A program made the translations under genes and the position numbers. 64,000 bases of DNA from NCBI GenBank assembly GCA_043228905.1, contig JBHGNT010000012.1:1426001-1490000 (forward strand), in the 5' to 3' direction. Shown in pieces: positions 14,217 through 28,349 of this stretch. The notes under the pieces were generated by a model, which saw only the letters and a program-made list of their open reading frames with translations, searched no databases and was not told the DNA's origin. Origin of the DNA: Azolla caroliniana. Lineage: Eukaryota > Plantae > Polypodiophyta. Each line of letters starts with the position of its first letter. Position 1 is the first letter of the stretch.

Positions 14217-16109
14217 AAATCGGCATCTGTTTAGTTATGCTTGAGCCTTTATCGGCTTAACGGTTTCTGGTTTAAATGGTTCAAAGGATAATCTCTCAAG
14301 GAAAAATGATCTAGATATGACCAAAAAGTAAAATACCTTTGAAGCAACTCTTCACTGAAAACACCCACACAAATTCACCCAAAGAGACTTCAGCACCATA
14401 AAAACTCTTACAAAGGCTTCTTACACCAGTTTTAACAGATTTTTACTACCATATATTATAAAGGCATGCTTGCCATCTTGAGATGGTAGATTCTGCTTTT
14501 TAGGTGCATGCCAATCACTATCTCATCATAACATTTTCCCCATTCTATGCAGTGTATTTACCTTAGTAAATTTTTTGAGCTATTTTGAGCTCTTATGGTC
14601 TTCTTCTTTTTTCCATATACATAATGATATGCTGAATGTAAACAATGAAATCACACAATAGCTTCTATGCTCTATGAATAAATTGATGTACATAAAGACA
14701 GGAGGCTGTTGCAAGTACACTATTGTGCTGAAATAAAGCAAGGACTTGGGGTTTTATCAGGTCTTTAACAAATACTCTACTCTTCAGATTATTTGGGTTG
14801 CTTGCCACAATTCACTCCAGAATGAACAATGAACAAAGTTCAATGGAAAAAATGAAATAAAGAGGAGATGGATCTTCCTCTTGCTGATTTGATTTTGGAT
14901 GCTCTATAGTGGACTTTTTCTTTATATAATATTAGAATTCCATGTAAAGATTTTGCTTCATCAGTCTGATATATACGGCTTCGGTCTACATCTCAAACAA
15001 GTCTCATTATTTTATAAGATTTTAAATTTCAGAAAAGTGGCTGTACTTGCTTAGATTCATTGGCACTTCTACACACTCATTTTGCACTCGATGGCAGAGT
15101 TCGCAGCGCAAAGATCATTTGGATGGGCAAGGAGAGAAATGCAGTCAACATTATGGACTTATATTATTGAATACAATTCAGAAAAAGAAAGATCACTGGC
15201 AAATATAGGACTGTATGGCAATGTTCAAATCAAGAACTAATAAAAAGGAAAAGTAATATATTTATCCAAATACAATTCCATACCATTCAAGCAACCTAAG
15301 TTTTCCTGTAATGAGCGTAAAGAATTAAAAAGGTTTTTGGGGATTAGCTCTCACCATCCCACCCAAACTTTGCCCACGAATTCTTTTTAAGGTGTCTTTG
15401 GAAATCAAGTTTTCGTACAATGGACTCATTCACCATCATCAACATGATGAGATAAGAACTGCTGGGGAAAGTAACGTATGAAATGATTAATTGAATACAT
15501 CTTAACACATTCAAACAACCTTAGTTTCAAGTCTTTCACAACAGATTTTGATCTCAATCTTTCAAAGGAAATGATTCATTCTTGCCATAAAAAACAAACC
15601 TAAATTTCAACGTCTTCACACAATGGAGTTACGATCTCAAATTCTTTCAAGAAAACGAATCGTATGGCTATACCACACTTACGTCTCCCAAGCAATGGGT
15701 CTTCGATCATGTAATATTTGTCTTCGATCATGTCATATTTGCCCTCACAAATTAAAATTTCCTAAAGAGATAGCACACACAGGTACTCATGCACATAAGC
15801 CTTCTTTAAATTAGCTGTTGGATGACGTATTGTTTCATTTATACTTCCAGTCTAACATAAAACACCAATTTTCCTCTTCAAATTAGCTGTTAGGACGATG
15901 TATTTTCATTTATATTTCCCGGCACCATAAGAGCACCAATTTCGCCATAAGCAGCGTTGATGAGAACAATCTCAAGAAACAAACAAACTCACTTGAGATT
16001 ATCCCATACCATTGACTCATACCATGACAAAAACCATGAAAAAAACACCAATCAAAACTCTAGGACATCAAATTGAGAAAGACTAGATCGAGATAAAGAT
16101 AAAAAACCA

Positions 16110-16365
16110 TGAAAACAATACAAAAAGATTACATGCTTCTTGATATGATGAATCAAGCCCAAATCTTATCTTCCAGCATATGACAAACAATACAAAAAGG
16201 TTACATACTTCTTGATATGATGAATCAAGCCCAAATCTTCCTTTTATATACTTTCTTAAACAACACTATATACAAAATAATACTTGCTATAAAAAGCGTG
16301 AAAACAAGACAAAAAGGTTACATGCTTCTTGATATGTGATGAATCAAGCCCAAACCTTCCTTTTA
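16110..16365. repeat. Three dispersed ~55-bp copies downstream of the LEA gene
   Basis: acaaaaag(g)ttacat.cttcttgatatgatgaatcaagcccaaa.ctt occurs three times. Confidence 0.8.
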
Positions 16366-16655
16366 TGTATATATGTTTCCACCTAAAAGGATCCCTAGGA
16401 GGCAAAATCTTCCTCTATATATATGCTCCAAGAAATATAAAGGATCTTCATATATACCTGTTTTCTCTTTGCCAAATCTTCAATTGAAAAGACCATCCCT
16501 CATATATATATATATATATACCTGTCTATTGTTTGATGAAGATATGTGACATCCTCCTACACACATTGTATAAAAATCTCCGATGCGAAGAGAGCAAAGA
16601 AATCCTCAGCTATGTACATAGGTCAAAAAACATTTGACAAGCTTGCCCAAACGAT

Positions 16656-18153
16656 CTACAAAGTTGGACCCGGATTTTTCACATTAAGTTGTTGGATTCC
16701 CGCGGCTGTTCCCGTGACACCAATGTCCTCGTTGAAATCGGCTGCAGCTCGAACGGCCGCTGCAACCCCTCCTGATCTTACGTCCCCGGACGGACGGTTC
16801 CTCATCTCCACAGCCTCTATCCTCTCTGCATCTTCCTTAGTCACCACTTTATCCATTGGCAACTTCATGCTGGCATCCTGGAAAAGAAACACTTTGGGTG
16901 GGAAATGTGTGTATGCTTTAAGAAGCTTCTGCCATGAGAAGCTAAGAAGCTACTACTTACAGCTCAGGTTTGAAATAAAATTTTCCGATTTATTATTAAG
17001 GTAACCCACCGTGAGAACATCCCCTAAGGTAGTCTTGGCTTGATTCTCGACCCGAGCATTCACATCAGCTGCCGATTGAGCGGCTGAAGCCAAACCTCCA
17101 CCTCCTGATATTGGGACACCCGTGGCTCGCATCTCGGCACTCTGGATGGCTCTTGCATCACTCGGCTCGATGGGCACATCCCCTGCACCGATTGCAGCTG
17201 TTTCTAATGCCTATTTAGAACCCAAATGCCAATATATCATCTTTACAGTTATATCCCCAAGAATCAGTCCAAAATGCACAACAAAGAGAAAGAAAAACAT
17301 CCCCAGTATATATCTTCAAAATAAAATGAACACCCGATGCAATATCATTATCAAATGTACTGTACCTTCCCAAGAATCAATATCAATTTCCAAGTGGAAA
17401 GAAAAACGAATGAGCCCAAACAATCAAATGTAAAAAATTATCCCCAAACAATAAAATGTATTGTACCTTCCAAGAATCAATATCAATTTCCAAATGGAAA
17501 GTAATGAACCTAATGTACCGTCCAAGATTAATTATCAATGTCCAAGTGGAAAGAAAATGGATCCCAAACAATCAAATGTATTGTGCCTTCCAAGAATCAA
17601 TATCAATAATTTCCTTGTGGAGAGAAAAATGCACCCCAAACCAGAATCATCATCGGCAATCTTGAAACCAACAATTAAAATGCAATGCGATTCGTCAAAC
17701 CAAAAATAAAAAGGAAAAAACACATGAAACAAAATTGTTTACAAACTCAAAAAAAAAACTAACCTCTCCAATGGTTACAGCCTCTTGTGCCAATGCGAGT
17801 GATGCCGCGACAGGAGTCTTCTCAACCGACACGGCAACAGATTGCCCACCTACATACTCAGAATGCACGACATCACCGCCCATATGAACTGTCTCAACCA
17901 CAGCAACTCCTGCTTCGGCAAGCCTTGGTGTCATGGAGTCTCTGTCTATTAGGCCCTCCTTGACATTGCGGGCACATGCCGATTGCATCGTGGCGGCAGG
18001 CCCTCCTTTCGGCACTTGTCCGAGACCCACCGACTCCACACTCTGCATAAGAGATGCATCTTTGGGTGCTACAGCTTGTGATGCAAGCTCACCTTGAACA
18101 GTTGGGAAGACATCACCATAAGTGATGGGTCTCTGCGGCTGTTCCTGGCTCAT
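16656..18153 (-). CDS. Late embryogenesis abundant protein, D-34 / seed maturation protein (SMP) family, 3 exons, ~270 aa
   Basis: Exons 18153-17764, 17210-17010, 16877-16656 (GT-AG, phase 0). MSQEQPQRPITYGDVF, PKGGPAATMQSA, VTIGEALE, DARAIQSAEMRATG, TTLGDVL.DA...LP.DKVVT.EDA, GGVAAAV.AAA..N are SMP-repeat motifs as in RAB28/ECP31. Confidence 0.93.
17350..17640. repeat. Degenerate tandem repeat in LEA intron 1
   Basis: aaatgta.tgt.ccttccaagaatcaatatcaatttccaa.tggaaag recurs 3-4 times. Confidence 0.8.
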
Positions 18154-18443
18154 ACTTATTTGGGGCTATCCTGTTCTTCTTCTCTGATCTCTCTCTGTCT
18201 CTCTCTTTCTGTTTCCTGATTTTGGATGGACCTCCAAGGGGTGTGTGTGTTATATATGGAAGCTCAGCTATGGTGATGGGGTTAGACAGGATAACAACGA
18301 ATGAATTGTCTTCCATGCAGAGCCCCATGGCCATCATCTCTCTACATCTGTCTCAGTTTCCTTTTTGTATACTCTGGATCTTTGTGGGCGCTTCACATAT
18401 GAAAGTCTCTCAAGCTTCCATAGCCCAATTCACCTTAAAATCA

Positions 18444-18452
18444 CCACGTGTT
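18444..18452 (-). promoter_or_regulatory. ABRE/G-box in the LEA promoter
   Basis: AACACGTGG on the minus strand ~290 bp upstream of the LEA ATG; TATA-like at ~18250-18258 and CATGCA (RY-like) at ~18314. Consistent with known ABA regulation of LEA genes; function inferred. Confidence 0.55.
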
Positions 18453-18463
18453 AAACCTGACAA

Positions 18464-18499
18464 AAGAAGAAGAAGAAGAAGAAGAAGAAGAAGAAGAAG
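18464..18499. repeat. (GAA)n microsatellite
   Basis: About 12 AAG units; source of the poly-E/R/L ORFs. Confidence 0.95.
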
Positions 18500-20470
18500 C
18501 TTCATTCCCGGGTCCCGGATTGTCCGCCCATCTGCCTGCCTTCTGGAGCCAGAAGATTCGAAGACCCCCTCGAGAGCATCTCGAAAGAAAAAGGCCTGAA
18601 GATTCGGAGTGTGAAGTGCGAATTGAGCCAGCTCAAATTTGTCTTCCCTTTTCATGACCAATCGATTTCGTGGTCTTTGTCCGATTGTGTCAGGGGCTAG
18701 GCCGGACGGGGTAAAACTTATCCTCGGAGATCACTGTTGTTCGCGTGCGCTGTGTGGCTTCGCGATAAGGTTCCCTAATTTACCCTGCTCAATGTACTCA
18801 TCCAAAACCCGAAATCTAATAAGAGAGGATTCGGGATATTGTAACGTGTTTCATCTTCACTAGATCCGTAGTCCCTATTACCTTTTTAAGGATTTGGGGT
18901 TTGCAGCATGGCTAGAGCAATTCGGAGAACCTTGGTGGTTGAGTGTATAAACAACAAACACAATCTAAGGATCAATCAAACTCCTTGGAAATTTGTCGCT
19001 AGCCCACCATGAACCACAATACATATCCCGAGCCCACATTCTGTTGTTTGGTGGTTGGGTAAGAAACCTCGAGCGATGGACAAAGCCAAAGCCAAAGTTT
19101 GAGATAAAGGAACCCCTCTCATTCCGGTTGAACATTTTTATCCCATCACTACGTACACACGAAACCATTTTTCACTATCAAAGGTGCCCTATGCATTGAT
19201 TACTAAAACATCGATAATTTATTTTAATTTGCGTAAATCTAAACATAAATAATGTAAAATTCTAGCTAAACTTCTAGATATTTGACATATTATTTCATGC
19301 AAAAAAAGGAAGCTGAGTTGAGCAAGGGAGAAAACTTTGTCGAACAATATTAGCTGAGGCACATACATAATCAAGTATAGTAGTAAACATCTATTTAGAC
19401 CAAGTTTGCATTTATTGAACCAAGAGATGATAAGGAGATATGCTTAATAAGGCACCATGATATATTACGGCTTATGGAAGTAATATTGTGTATTTTACAT
19501 GCAAGTAATATGAACAACAAATGCTCCAAAATATCATTGTCATGATCATATTATGCAAGCATATGCATATTTCTTTGTATAAGCTTAGATTTTATCAAGA
19601 TTTATAGCATGAGCCACACTAAAAATTAATGAAAAAGGTATGCAAAACTGGAAGTTTTTTTGGTTGGAATAATGGTTTTTCGTGACGTGTGTTGTCCCAC
19701 TTGGCTTCAAACTATGATGTGGTTTCCATGCTATAAGCGCATATATCATGGCTTACCACTTGGCATCAAAGTATGATGTGGTTTCCATGCTACAAGTGCA
19801 TATTGCACTAGTTTTTTGTCATGGCATACTAAAAAGGCAAATGTTGAGGAAAGAAACTTAAAGAGCAAGGTGCTTGTTTAAGGTTATTCAATTAGACAAC
19901 ATATTATTGGATATTGGATTAAGTTGGGATGATTTTTAATTTCCAAAAGAAGGTTTGGATATGGAAACATCATTTGTACACTTTTCTTTCTATCATAAAA
20001 TATTTCCACCCTCTGTATGCCCAACATGCGTGGGCAACTAAACTAGAATACATTCATAAACTTGAATGAGAGTCCATGTGAGAATGAGCAATTCCATGTG
20101 TAGAATACATTCTCGTAATACACGTACATAAATCAAACTAGATGTCTAAATATTGTGAAATGCACATAAAAAGACTCCAAGCCAGCTTGCTTAGCTTCTT
20201 ACTTCTTGCATCAATTTATAGTTGATACAAAGGTACCCATTTGGGTTGGCTTAGTTTAGCTACATGCATCCTAAACATGGTGTGCTAAAGAAACCCTATA
20301 TCTAAGTGGTACACCCTCCTAACTAAAAAATGGGCAAAGCTGTGCTAAAAAGGGGCACAAAGGAACACATGCACACCACAACATAAAGGCATGCATTTGC
20401 ACCAAAGGGACATTACAACATGTAGAGAAAGCACATATGCGAGTGTAGATGCTTAAGCCAAACGGATTAA

Positions 20471-20800
20471 ACATGCTTGAAACCGTGTTATAAAATAACG
20501 AGATATAGTTTCTTCATTAAAGTGTTTATGAACTTGAGCAACAATAGTGGGTGCATAATCAAGTGGTTGGCAAACATTTTCATGCACCATTGATCATAAT
20601 TACTTTGATTAATTTATTGTTTTGTCTGCAATTGTACATGCTTGAAACCGTGCTATAAAATAACAATATATAGTTTCTTCATTAAAGTGTTTATGAACTT
20701 GAACAACAATAGTGGGTGCATAATCAAGTGGCTAGCAAATATTTTCTTGCACCATTGATCATAATTACTTTGATTAATTTATTGTTTTGTCTACAACTGT
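20471..20800. repeat. Tandem duplication, 2 x ~165 bp
   Basis: acatgcttgaaaccgtg.tataaaa...ttgttttgtct.caa.tgt starts at 20471 and again at 20636. Confidence 0.92.
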
Positions 20801-21361
20801 GGATACTATGCCAATTTCCATGTCATATTTGTGGTTTCAAATACAATTACCAAAATATGATTTAATAATTCCTAGTTTTCAAAATCTTTCATGATAAAGG
20901 TTTAGATGCACCCTTTTATGATGAAGTTTTTGACCTCGATTCATTAACAAGTAGAGTGGGTCTACCTACCAAGGAAAGATATTGCATTCTGATGTGTTCA
21001 AACCAAAAAAGATTTGTACCATCTGTTTTCAGGAAATCAAAGGGAAGTTATCAATATCGTCTTGTTGGAAGGAATATACCAAGTTTTTAAGGCGATACAG
21101 AGGCCTAATATAATTGTCAGCCTTTGTGTACGTAATATCATAGGATATGCCAAGTGCACAGGTAGACATCATATATACATAATGGGGTGTGTGTGTGTGT
21201 ACAAGAATGAATAAAAAATGTGTTTTCCTTCAAGGAAGAGGTAGACTAGGGGTTTTTTGGTTGTGGTTTTTATACCCCAAACATATGCATGATACAACTC
21301 TGCATGGCTTAGAATTGAGGAAGGAGAAGCTCTTTTTTTTTTAATGATAAGTTTTTTTCTT

Positions 21362-24300
21362 TTACAAATCACTTGTGCTCTCCCCTGAACTTCTTGCACC
21401 ACGACCAACCGCATCGCGGACTGTCAGTTTCACGTGATTAGCACCTGAACTTCGAACAGTATTGAAGCACTCCGACACATCCGCATCACAAGTGAGCATC
21501 ACCCACTCCTCATCATCATCCAAGTACTTCAAATCGAAGCCATTGACCTTCAACTTGAACCGTTTCCGGACTTCATCCATCATTTCTTGATAGGTAGCGC
21601 CTTCTCCCAACTTGAACCGCACCATATCACCCTGATATTTCGCTTTGATTGTTATCAGGGGCAGTTCCTCCAAAGGCTGCTTCGACTTACCAATGACATT
21701 GAGGGATGATGGTGACCCTGAATTACTACCTTGCAAATATGAGCAATGTGATCCTTCCCCTTCATGTATGTCAGCCTCAATCATCGCCTCAATTCCATCA
21801 AATGACACTTCATCCGTCCTTTCATATGGAAGTATGTTGTCGACTTGCAAGCTTTGTAATGCCATTAATGCATGGATTCCCCCATGCACTCTCTTGTCTA
21901 AGTTATAATCCGTTCTCTTAGTAATTTGATTAACAATAGTGCCAGGTACTGCTGCTCCTTGGACACAATCATGATGTTGCAATTTTCCAGGGTTTTGGCT
22001 AAACATGGCATACCCTGGTACAATTGGTGCAGGTACCGAAGCATTAGATGGACTACCGTTTTTTTCCAGAGTCTCATTTGGTGATTGAAATAAAATGTTT
22101 TCCAGGAAGTCCTCATCTCGGCATAGATCAAACCTAGTCAGTTGGAAAGATGTGTTCACCACTAAGTTCTCATTGCTGGGTGGATCAAATCTATCTTGTA
22201 ATTTATCGCTATCCTGATTGTGCATGATGCTGCCGACTGTCTCATTTAGTGTCATCTCATTGGTCATGACTTGAGGCGAGGGCTGAGGACTATCGTGATA
22301 GCTGGAATTTACATTCTTCTTTTTTGCCATAGTTGATGATGCACATGCATGTGCGTGTGAATCATCACCTAATTGAATTTGTGTACCAGCTAATGCAAGG
22401 TCACTTGCAAGTGAGCCGATATTAACCCCTTTCACTGAATTGATGGCTCCTTTCAGCTTCTCAAAAGAGCGATTCACTTTACTTATCTTGCGTGATGGCC
22501 ACCTCGAGATGCCATGTTGCCGACATATCCTCTTCAATGTGGTCGGACATACTGCAAGAATGCCCAAAAACGTAGTAGTTCATTAAAATAGGAAATGAAA
22601 AAAATGCAGCCTTCAACTAATGTGTTAAGGATCTTGCCCTACAAAGACATAACTCGGAGTTTAATTGCTGCCCCTACCCCTCACTTGTCATGAATGGCAA
22701 TCAAGCCACTGATAAGAGAGAAAAACAAAAAGGAAAGGAAACTGTTGTCTTCAAATGGTCAAAACCCAAGTTAAGGAATTGGGTTTGAAAATAAGGTTAG
22801 TTTACCTCCAATGCTTTTAGCTGCTTCCTTCAAACTGCCACTAAAATACGGTTGAAGAGCATCCAAACTAATAATTTTCTCCGTGCCTCGACGCTTCATC
22901 CTATGCCCACTCCCCTGCGATCTCAATAAGTCCAAGTCTTGTTCTTGGTTTCTCCCATTTATTTGATCTTTCTTAGCTTGCACGTCTGACACATCCATTC
23001 TAGTGTTAGCTAATGATTCTTGATTTCCTTCACCTTGAATAAGCGCAAGGTTTTCCAAAGTCTCTGTTGCTACTTTATCTTGCGTATTTACAGCCTCTAA
23101 AGAATCTGAGACACTTTGCGGTCTAGAAACCCCTCTTTCTATTTCTATTTCTTCTTCTGTGACTGTCCTCAAGCTCCTACACACACGTTGCATTGTTATA
23201 GAGAGCGTGTTCAGTAACAATTGTTGCTCTGAAAAATCTGAGCATCCTTGTGGCAAGAAGAATTCCAATACATAGTCATCATGACCCGTATGAACACTGC
23301 GTAGACGTATGGCAACGGCTGCCCCAAGTCTAAAAACTCGTGCATAATGAACTAATGGGTATTCAGATTTGCTATAGACCTTGATATCACACGAGAAGAA
23401 AGGATGATTTGATACAAATGCTTTACCCGGAACACCCTGCTCCTTCTCAAGACAGTGCTCATTGCATGCCTTCCTAAATCCACTTATTCCTGGATTGCTA
23501 AGAAAATACTGTCCTTCTCTGGTACATAAACCAATGTCACTTTCACTGAGGTTTGACGGATTGCCATAGTTGTCATTCATTTTTGTGTTGGCAAATGTAT
23601 TCCGATGACAAGGAAACCAAGCCTGAGCCAATGGAAGCTTGTGAGTTTGACATGTTGCCGTCAAAACTTCTAAAATTTCCGCATACACTATCTGCACTGA
23701 CTCTGATGGCATCTGATGAAAAGGGCAAAGATGAAGTATGTTATTATGGAATATGTACTCAGTTTATGCACGCGACTTTGCATTACATATGATAATATCT
23801 TTTTATAATTCTTGATGGCCAGTCAACTCCTAATAATTAAGTACCATGTAATATGAAATTACCTGATGTGCATATGCATGTGATAGATCTTTTATATTTG
23901 TTTCTAAATGGAGGATGAATTGCCTTTGTGGCACCCAGAATACCCAGCCAGAATGTGATAAGTGTTTATTTTCTTAGAAACTGTGAGTGTAGACATTCAC
24001 GCTATCTAATAGACAAACAAATAATTTAAATTCAGCACACTGAATTACCTGTAATGGGAAATAATGTTGTCTTTCGACACTGCACAAGTTTACTTCCTGC
24101 AACCATGTTGTATAGCTTTGTTAATATCTAAAGTGTATGCTGATAAACTGGCACAAATCTATATCATACAATCATGATATACTAGAGCAAGCACAAGCTG
24201 TGCAGTATCTGAAGAATATGCATGCCCGTCCTACAATTATGATATATTCCGAAATGGGCAAAAATAAAATGCATAACATCTAAAAATTATGCCGATTGAC

Positions 24301-25962
24301 AACCAGCAATCATATAATCATGATATACTACACAAGCTGTGCAATATCTGAAGAATATGCATGCCCATCCTACAATTATGATATATTCCGAAATGGGCAA
24401 AAATAAAATGCATAACATCTGAAAATTATGCTGATTAACAACCAGCAATCATATAATCATGATATAACAATAAGCAACAATTTAATGCATAGCATTTTCA
24501 TAGTAGGCTGAGTAGAAACAACCCATGATACACTCATGATATTATAGTACACAATAAACAGGAATAAAATACAGAATATCTGGAAAATGAGCTCATTAGC
24601 AACAACTCATCATACATTTACGATACACTAAACAAAGTAAAAAGATACCTCGAGTGCTTCAGCTATGCCCTCAAGTTCTGTCTTGTACTCTATTTTCTCA
24701 AAGAGCATAACGAGCTCAATAACAGCTAAACACTTTCCTTTGCCCTTCTCCATGACAGGTACAGCAAGCGATCCTCGCACATTACATCGTGCCGCATCAT
24801 AAACACGCAAATACTCATCCTTTGTATAAAATTGCACATTAGGCGTCCATTCTGGTGACTTCTTCTGAAAAACCCGCCCTGGCAACCCATGAAACCCTTC
24901 CTCCCCTTCACCCAAGAAAGTATACTTGGAGGAAATCTCCCTGTATGATGATAAACAATTGATTGGACTACAAAGAATATATGGCTGGCCATCAGTTGTA
25001 AGAAATGCATTCTTGCTTGAACTTTTTTGAGGTGACCACACTTGAGCCAGCACGTCACTTGTGGACAAAAAACCCAGAAATTTGGTAAGTGCAGCATTGA
25101 TTCGATCAATGAAAGTGAGCTTAAATGGAGAGCAGGATAAAGTGCTCAAAGGAGTGTGCTGATCATCATGGTCACCGTCAGCATCATTTTGACCATCCGC
25201 TTTAACATATGGAATTGGTATGGTTAATTCACATGCATCTTCGATTGCAGATGTATTTGCAAAAGCTTTCAATTCCTCTCTCTTGTCCATAACTTTCTCA
25301 CCATGAATATTCGGCTGTGTCTCCAGACTTGAACATTTACCACCAAATTTCGTGCTTCCAAGACATTCTTCCTTGCTCTCATGCATCTTTAATAGAAAGT
25401 CCATTTCTGTAATTTTCTCTTCTTCATGTGTCAGATTCAAACTATTGTCTCCAAATTTCAAGGATTTGGAGGATTCCTCGCTCTCTTGCATTTTTAACGC
25501 AAAGTCTATATCGGTAACTTTCTGCTTCCAAGTTGGATTCAAACAATTAGCTACAGGTTTTGAGCCTTTGGAAGAGCACACACTTGAAGAACCTGCACAC
25601 GAGCTTGCCAAAGAAACAGCGTTGACCACGGCCGGATTTAAAGAATCACCTCCCATTAAAGGCATGGTATCATTTCTTAGATCCCCCAAGAAGCATGGTA
25701 ATGATGTGTTCGAAGAGCATAATTTCGATGATCTTGAAGGAGAAACAGGATCAGGAGAAAAGCTCATATTATAGCAAGAAATACTGAGATCTATCGACCA
25801 ATCGCCTGGAATGGCCACATTCTCAAGAGATTCAAGGTCCATTAGATCATCAAGGATGTGTTTATCATCATCATGAGTAACATTCAGCTCGTCTGTGTTT
25901 TTATTAGCTGAAGGTGAAGAGAACATCTCTTTCTCATATATTTGGGAAGACACTTCCTCCAT
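21362..25962 (-). CDS. NLP: NIN-like protein (NLP): nitrate-responsive GAF-like region, RWP-RK DNA-binding domain, PB1 domain; 4 exons, ~1152 aa
   Basis: Exons 25962-24649, 24096-24049, 23712-22806, 22551-21362, GT-AG and phase-consistent. Motifs LAQVW.P, GLPGRVF...[69 protein letters not shown], PB1 IKAKY..D.VRF...LKYLDDDEEWVML.CDAD. Confidence 0.96.
24171..24466. repeat. Tandem duplication, 2 x ~139 bp, in NLP intron 1
   Basis: cacaagctgtgca.tatctgaagaatatgcatgccc... at 24192 and 24331. Confidence 0.92.
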
Positions 25963-26627
25963 CTTTAATCAGAGGGAAACTATATGCGAGAGAAGGATGT
26001 GATGTGGGGTAAAAAAAGACAAAAAAAATTACTCACTGGATCTTTTCTTTCTGTTGATCCAATTGGGTCTTGAACCCAATTGGGTCTTGAACATCTCTCC
26101 GACTATGCAATCATTTTCTGGTTATTTTTATCTTTTACTTATCAGAAAGGGATGTAGAAAGAAAGGCACCTGAAAAAGGCAGTGGATTTCTTACACAATG
26201 AACCTTTTCATTTGCCTTATTTCCATGGCTCGGAATCTCGAAAGCAAGACAGAAACCAGGATTAAAACAGCGAATCAGACAGAAATGGGAAGTCTTACCT
26301 CGAGGAGCTGAAGGTCTCCCGATTCAGGCAGGGGTTGAAGCTTACAAGTACATACAACAAAAGGCAGTGGGAGACAGACAGAGAGGAATATTAAGAGGGG
26401 AAGGGAGGGAATCTTTTGAAATGGGAAAGATTGCTGGAAGGAATCTCCGTGGATTCCTCCGAGCCACCCACGTCCGATTGTCCTAAATCCACACACACAC
26501 ACATATGTATATGCAACATATCTACAAAGAGAAACAAACCTCTATGTACTTCAAACAATAACTCATCATCACATATTAAAAACAGAGTAAGAGCAAAAAC
26601 AGAGTAAGGGACTGCCATGAAATTTTG

Positions 26628-26775
26628 ATATATGTATGTATTGTATGTATTGTATGTATGTATGTATGGATGTATGGATGCATGGATGTATGTATGTATT
26701 GTATGTATGTATGTATGTATCGTATGTATGTATGTATGTATGTGTGTGTGTGTGTGTGTGTGTGTATGTATTGTA

Positions 26776-26808
<33 letters not shown>

Positions 26809-27010
26809 ATGTATGTATGTATGTATGTATGTATGTATGTATGTATGTATGTATGTATGTATGTATGTATGTATGTATGTATGTATGTATGTATGTATGT
26901 ATTACGTGTCTATGTGTCTATGTATGTATACCCACATATGTATCTATGTATTTATGTGTGTATCTATGTATGTGTGTATGTGTATGTATCTATGTATGTA
27001 TGTATGTATG
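26628..27010. repeat. Compound (TATG)n/(TG)n microsatellite upstream of NLP
   Basis: ~380 bp of tatg/tg units; explains the MYVC ORFs. Confidence 0.97.
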
Positions 27011-27337
27011 ATACACGCATACACCAATTAGTTTAGATCATTCATAATAAGATCTTGCCTCACATACATGTGCTTTCGGTAACCATGCACAGATTTCTTT
27101 TTCTTTTTCTAGCTTGCATCCATCTTTGCGATCCACACCCAATACTTTTGTCCACGTGTCCACAGGATGCAGCTCGTGAGTGTTATCACTTTTGTTCCTT
27201 AATACAAACTTACTATATGTTTGTGAGGCTATGAGATCGAAGTTGCTTGAAGAGCCATAAGTGAGTTTTATTCTCTCTTTCTCTTGGTGAAAACACATAA
27301 CTATATTAATAAATGTGTGTGAAAAACACTATTGTCT

Positions 27338-27546
27338 CTATCTATCTCATAGGTCATATTTAACCTCCAAAGGCAATAATAGAATCTATCTATGTATCTC
27401 ATAGGTCATATTTAACCTCCAAAGGCAATAATAGAATCTATCTATGTATCTCATAGGTCATATTTAACCTCCAAAGGCAATAATAGAATCTATCTATGTA
27501 TCTCATAGGTCATATTTGACCTCCAAAGACAATGATAGAATCTATC
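27338..27546. repeat. Minisatellite, 52-bp unit x4
   Basis: tatctatgtatctcataggtcatatttaacctccaaaggcaataatagaatc repeated with period 52. Confidence 0.95.
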
Positions 27547-27679
27547 AATCTAATATCTATCTCATCCACATGTAAGCATGTCCTAATTGGAGACAATTAA
27601 GTGCAAGCTTGATTTTGATTCTAATCCGTTACTTGTGTTCTTAGTTCGAAGCTTAACTTTTTAATTGGTTGTTACGGAA

Positions 27680-27910
27680 TTTGGTCACGTGCCCAATGTG
27701 CATATGACTTTTCTTAATTATATACCTAAATGCTCACTTTTCAGGGGGTTAATAAGCCCATGCTTTTATCAAGCATTTACACAAATGAAGTTGATTTTGG
27801 TCACGTGCCCAATGTTGCATATGGCTTTTGTTAATTATATACCTAAATGCTCACTTTTTAGGGGGTTAATAAGCCCATACTTTTATCAAACATTTACACT
27901 ATTGAAGTTG
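27680..27910. repeat. Tandem duplication, 2 x ~116 bp
   Basis: ttttggtcacgtgcccaatgt..catatg.ctttt.ttaattatatacctaaatgctcac... twice; each copy contains CACGTG. Confidence 0.9.
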
Positions 27911-28349
27911 AAAATAAGCATGCATGCCTTTTGAGATTCTTATACATGTAAACATGCTTTAGACTTTTCTCCTTTATAACACGATCCTTAGCCAAACTAA
28001 GTACTTTTTCCAACAAATAATACATGAGCATTTAGCAACATGCATCATGCATCATGCATTTTTCTACAAGTAAATAATTGGACCAATGTCGATGGACAAT
28101 GGGCCTAAGCCTTTCTTTTTTCATTTCAATCATTTTAAATCAATAATGATGATTTTTTTAGTAACACTTTTATTACTAGTGGGAAACGTCAAAGTAAGGT
28201 GAAAACCCACAAATAATAAAGAGAAGTATACAAGTGTCAATTAGACACTAAAGAGCTTAGAAGCACTCAACGTAAAGAGTAAATTTGCGGTGTGATGTCT
28301 CTAAGTTGCAGACAATCAAACAAAGATTGCCTGAGGGATAACAAACTCC

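Noticed and set aside
18700-18725. GGACGGGGT resembling the U1 snRNA 5' region
   Set aside because: No ATACTTACCT 5' end, Sm site or downstream U1 similarity.
26625-27036. Three overlapping ~130-aa MYVC ORFs
   Set aside because: (TATG)n microsatellite artefact.
27338-27546. 52-bp x4 array as CRISPR-like
   Set aside because: Head-to-tail near-identical units with no unique spacers, no cas genes, eukaryotic context.
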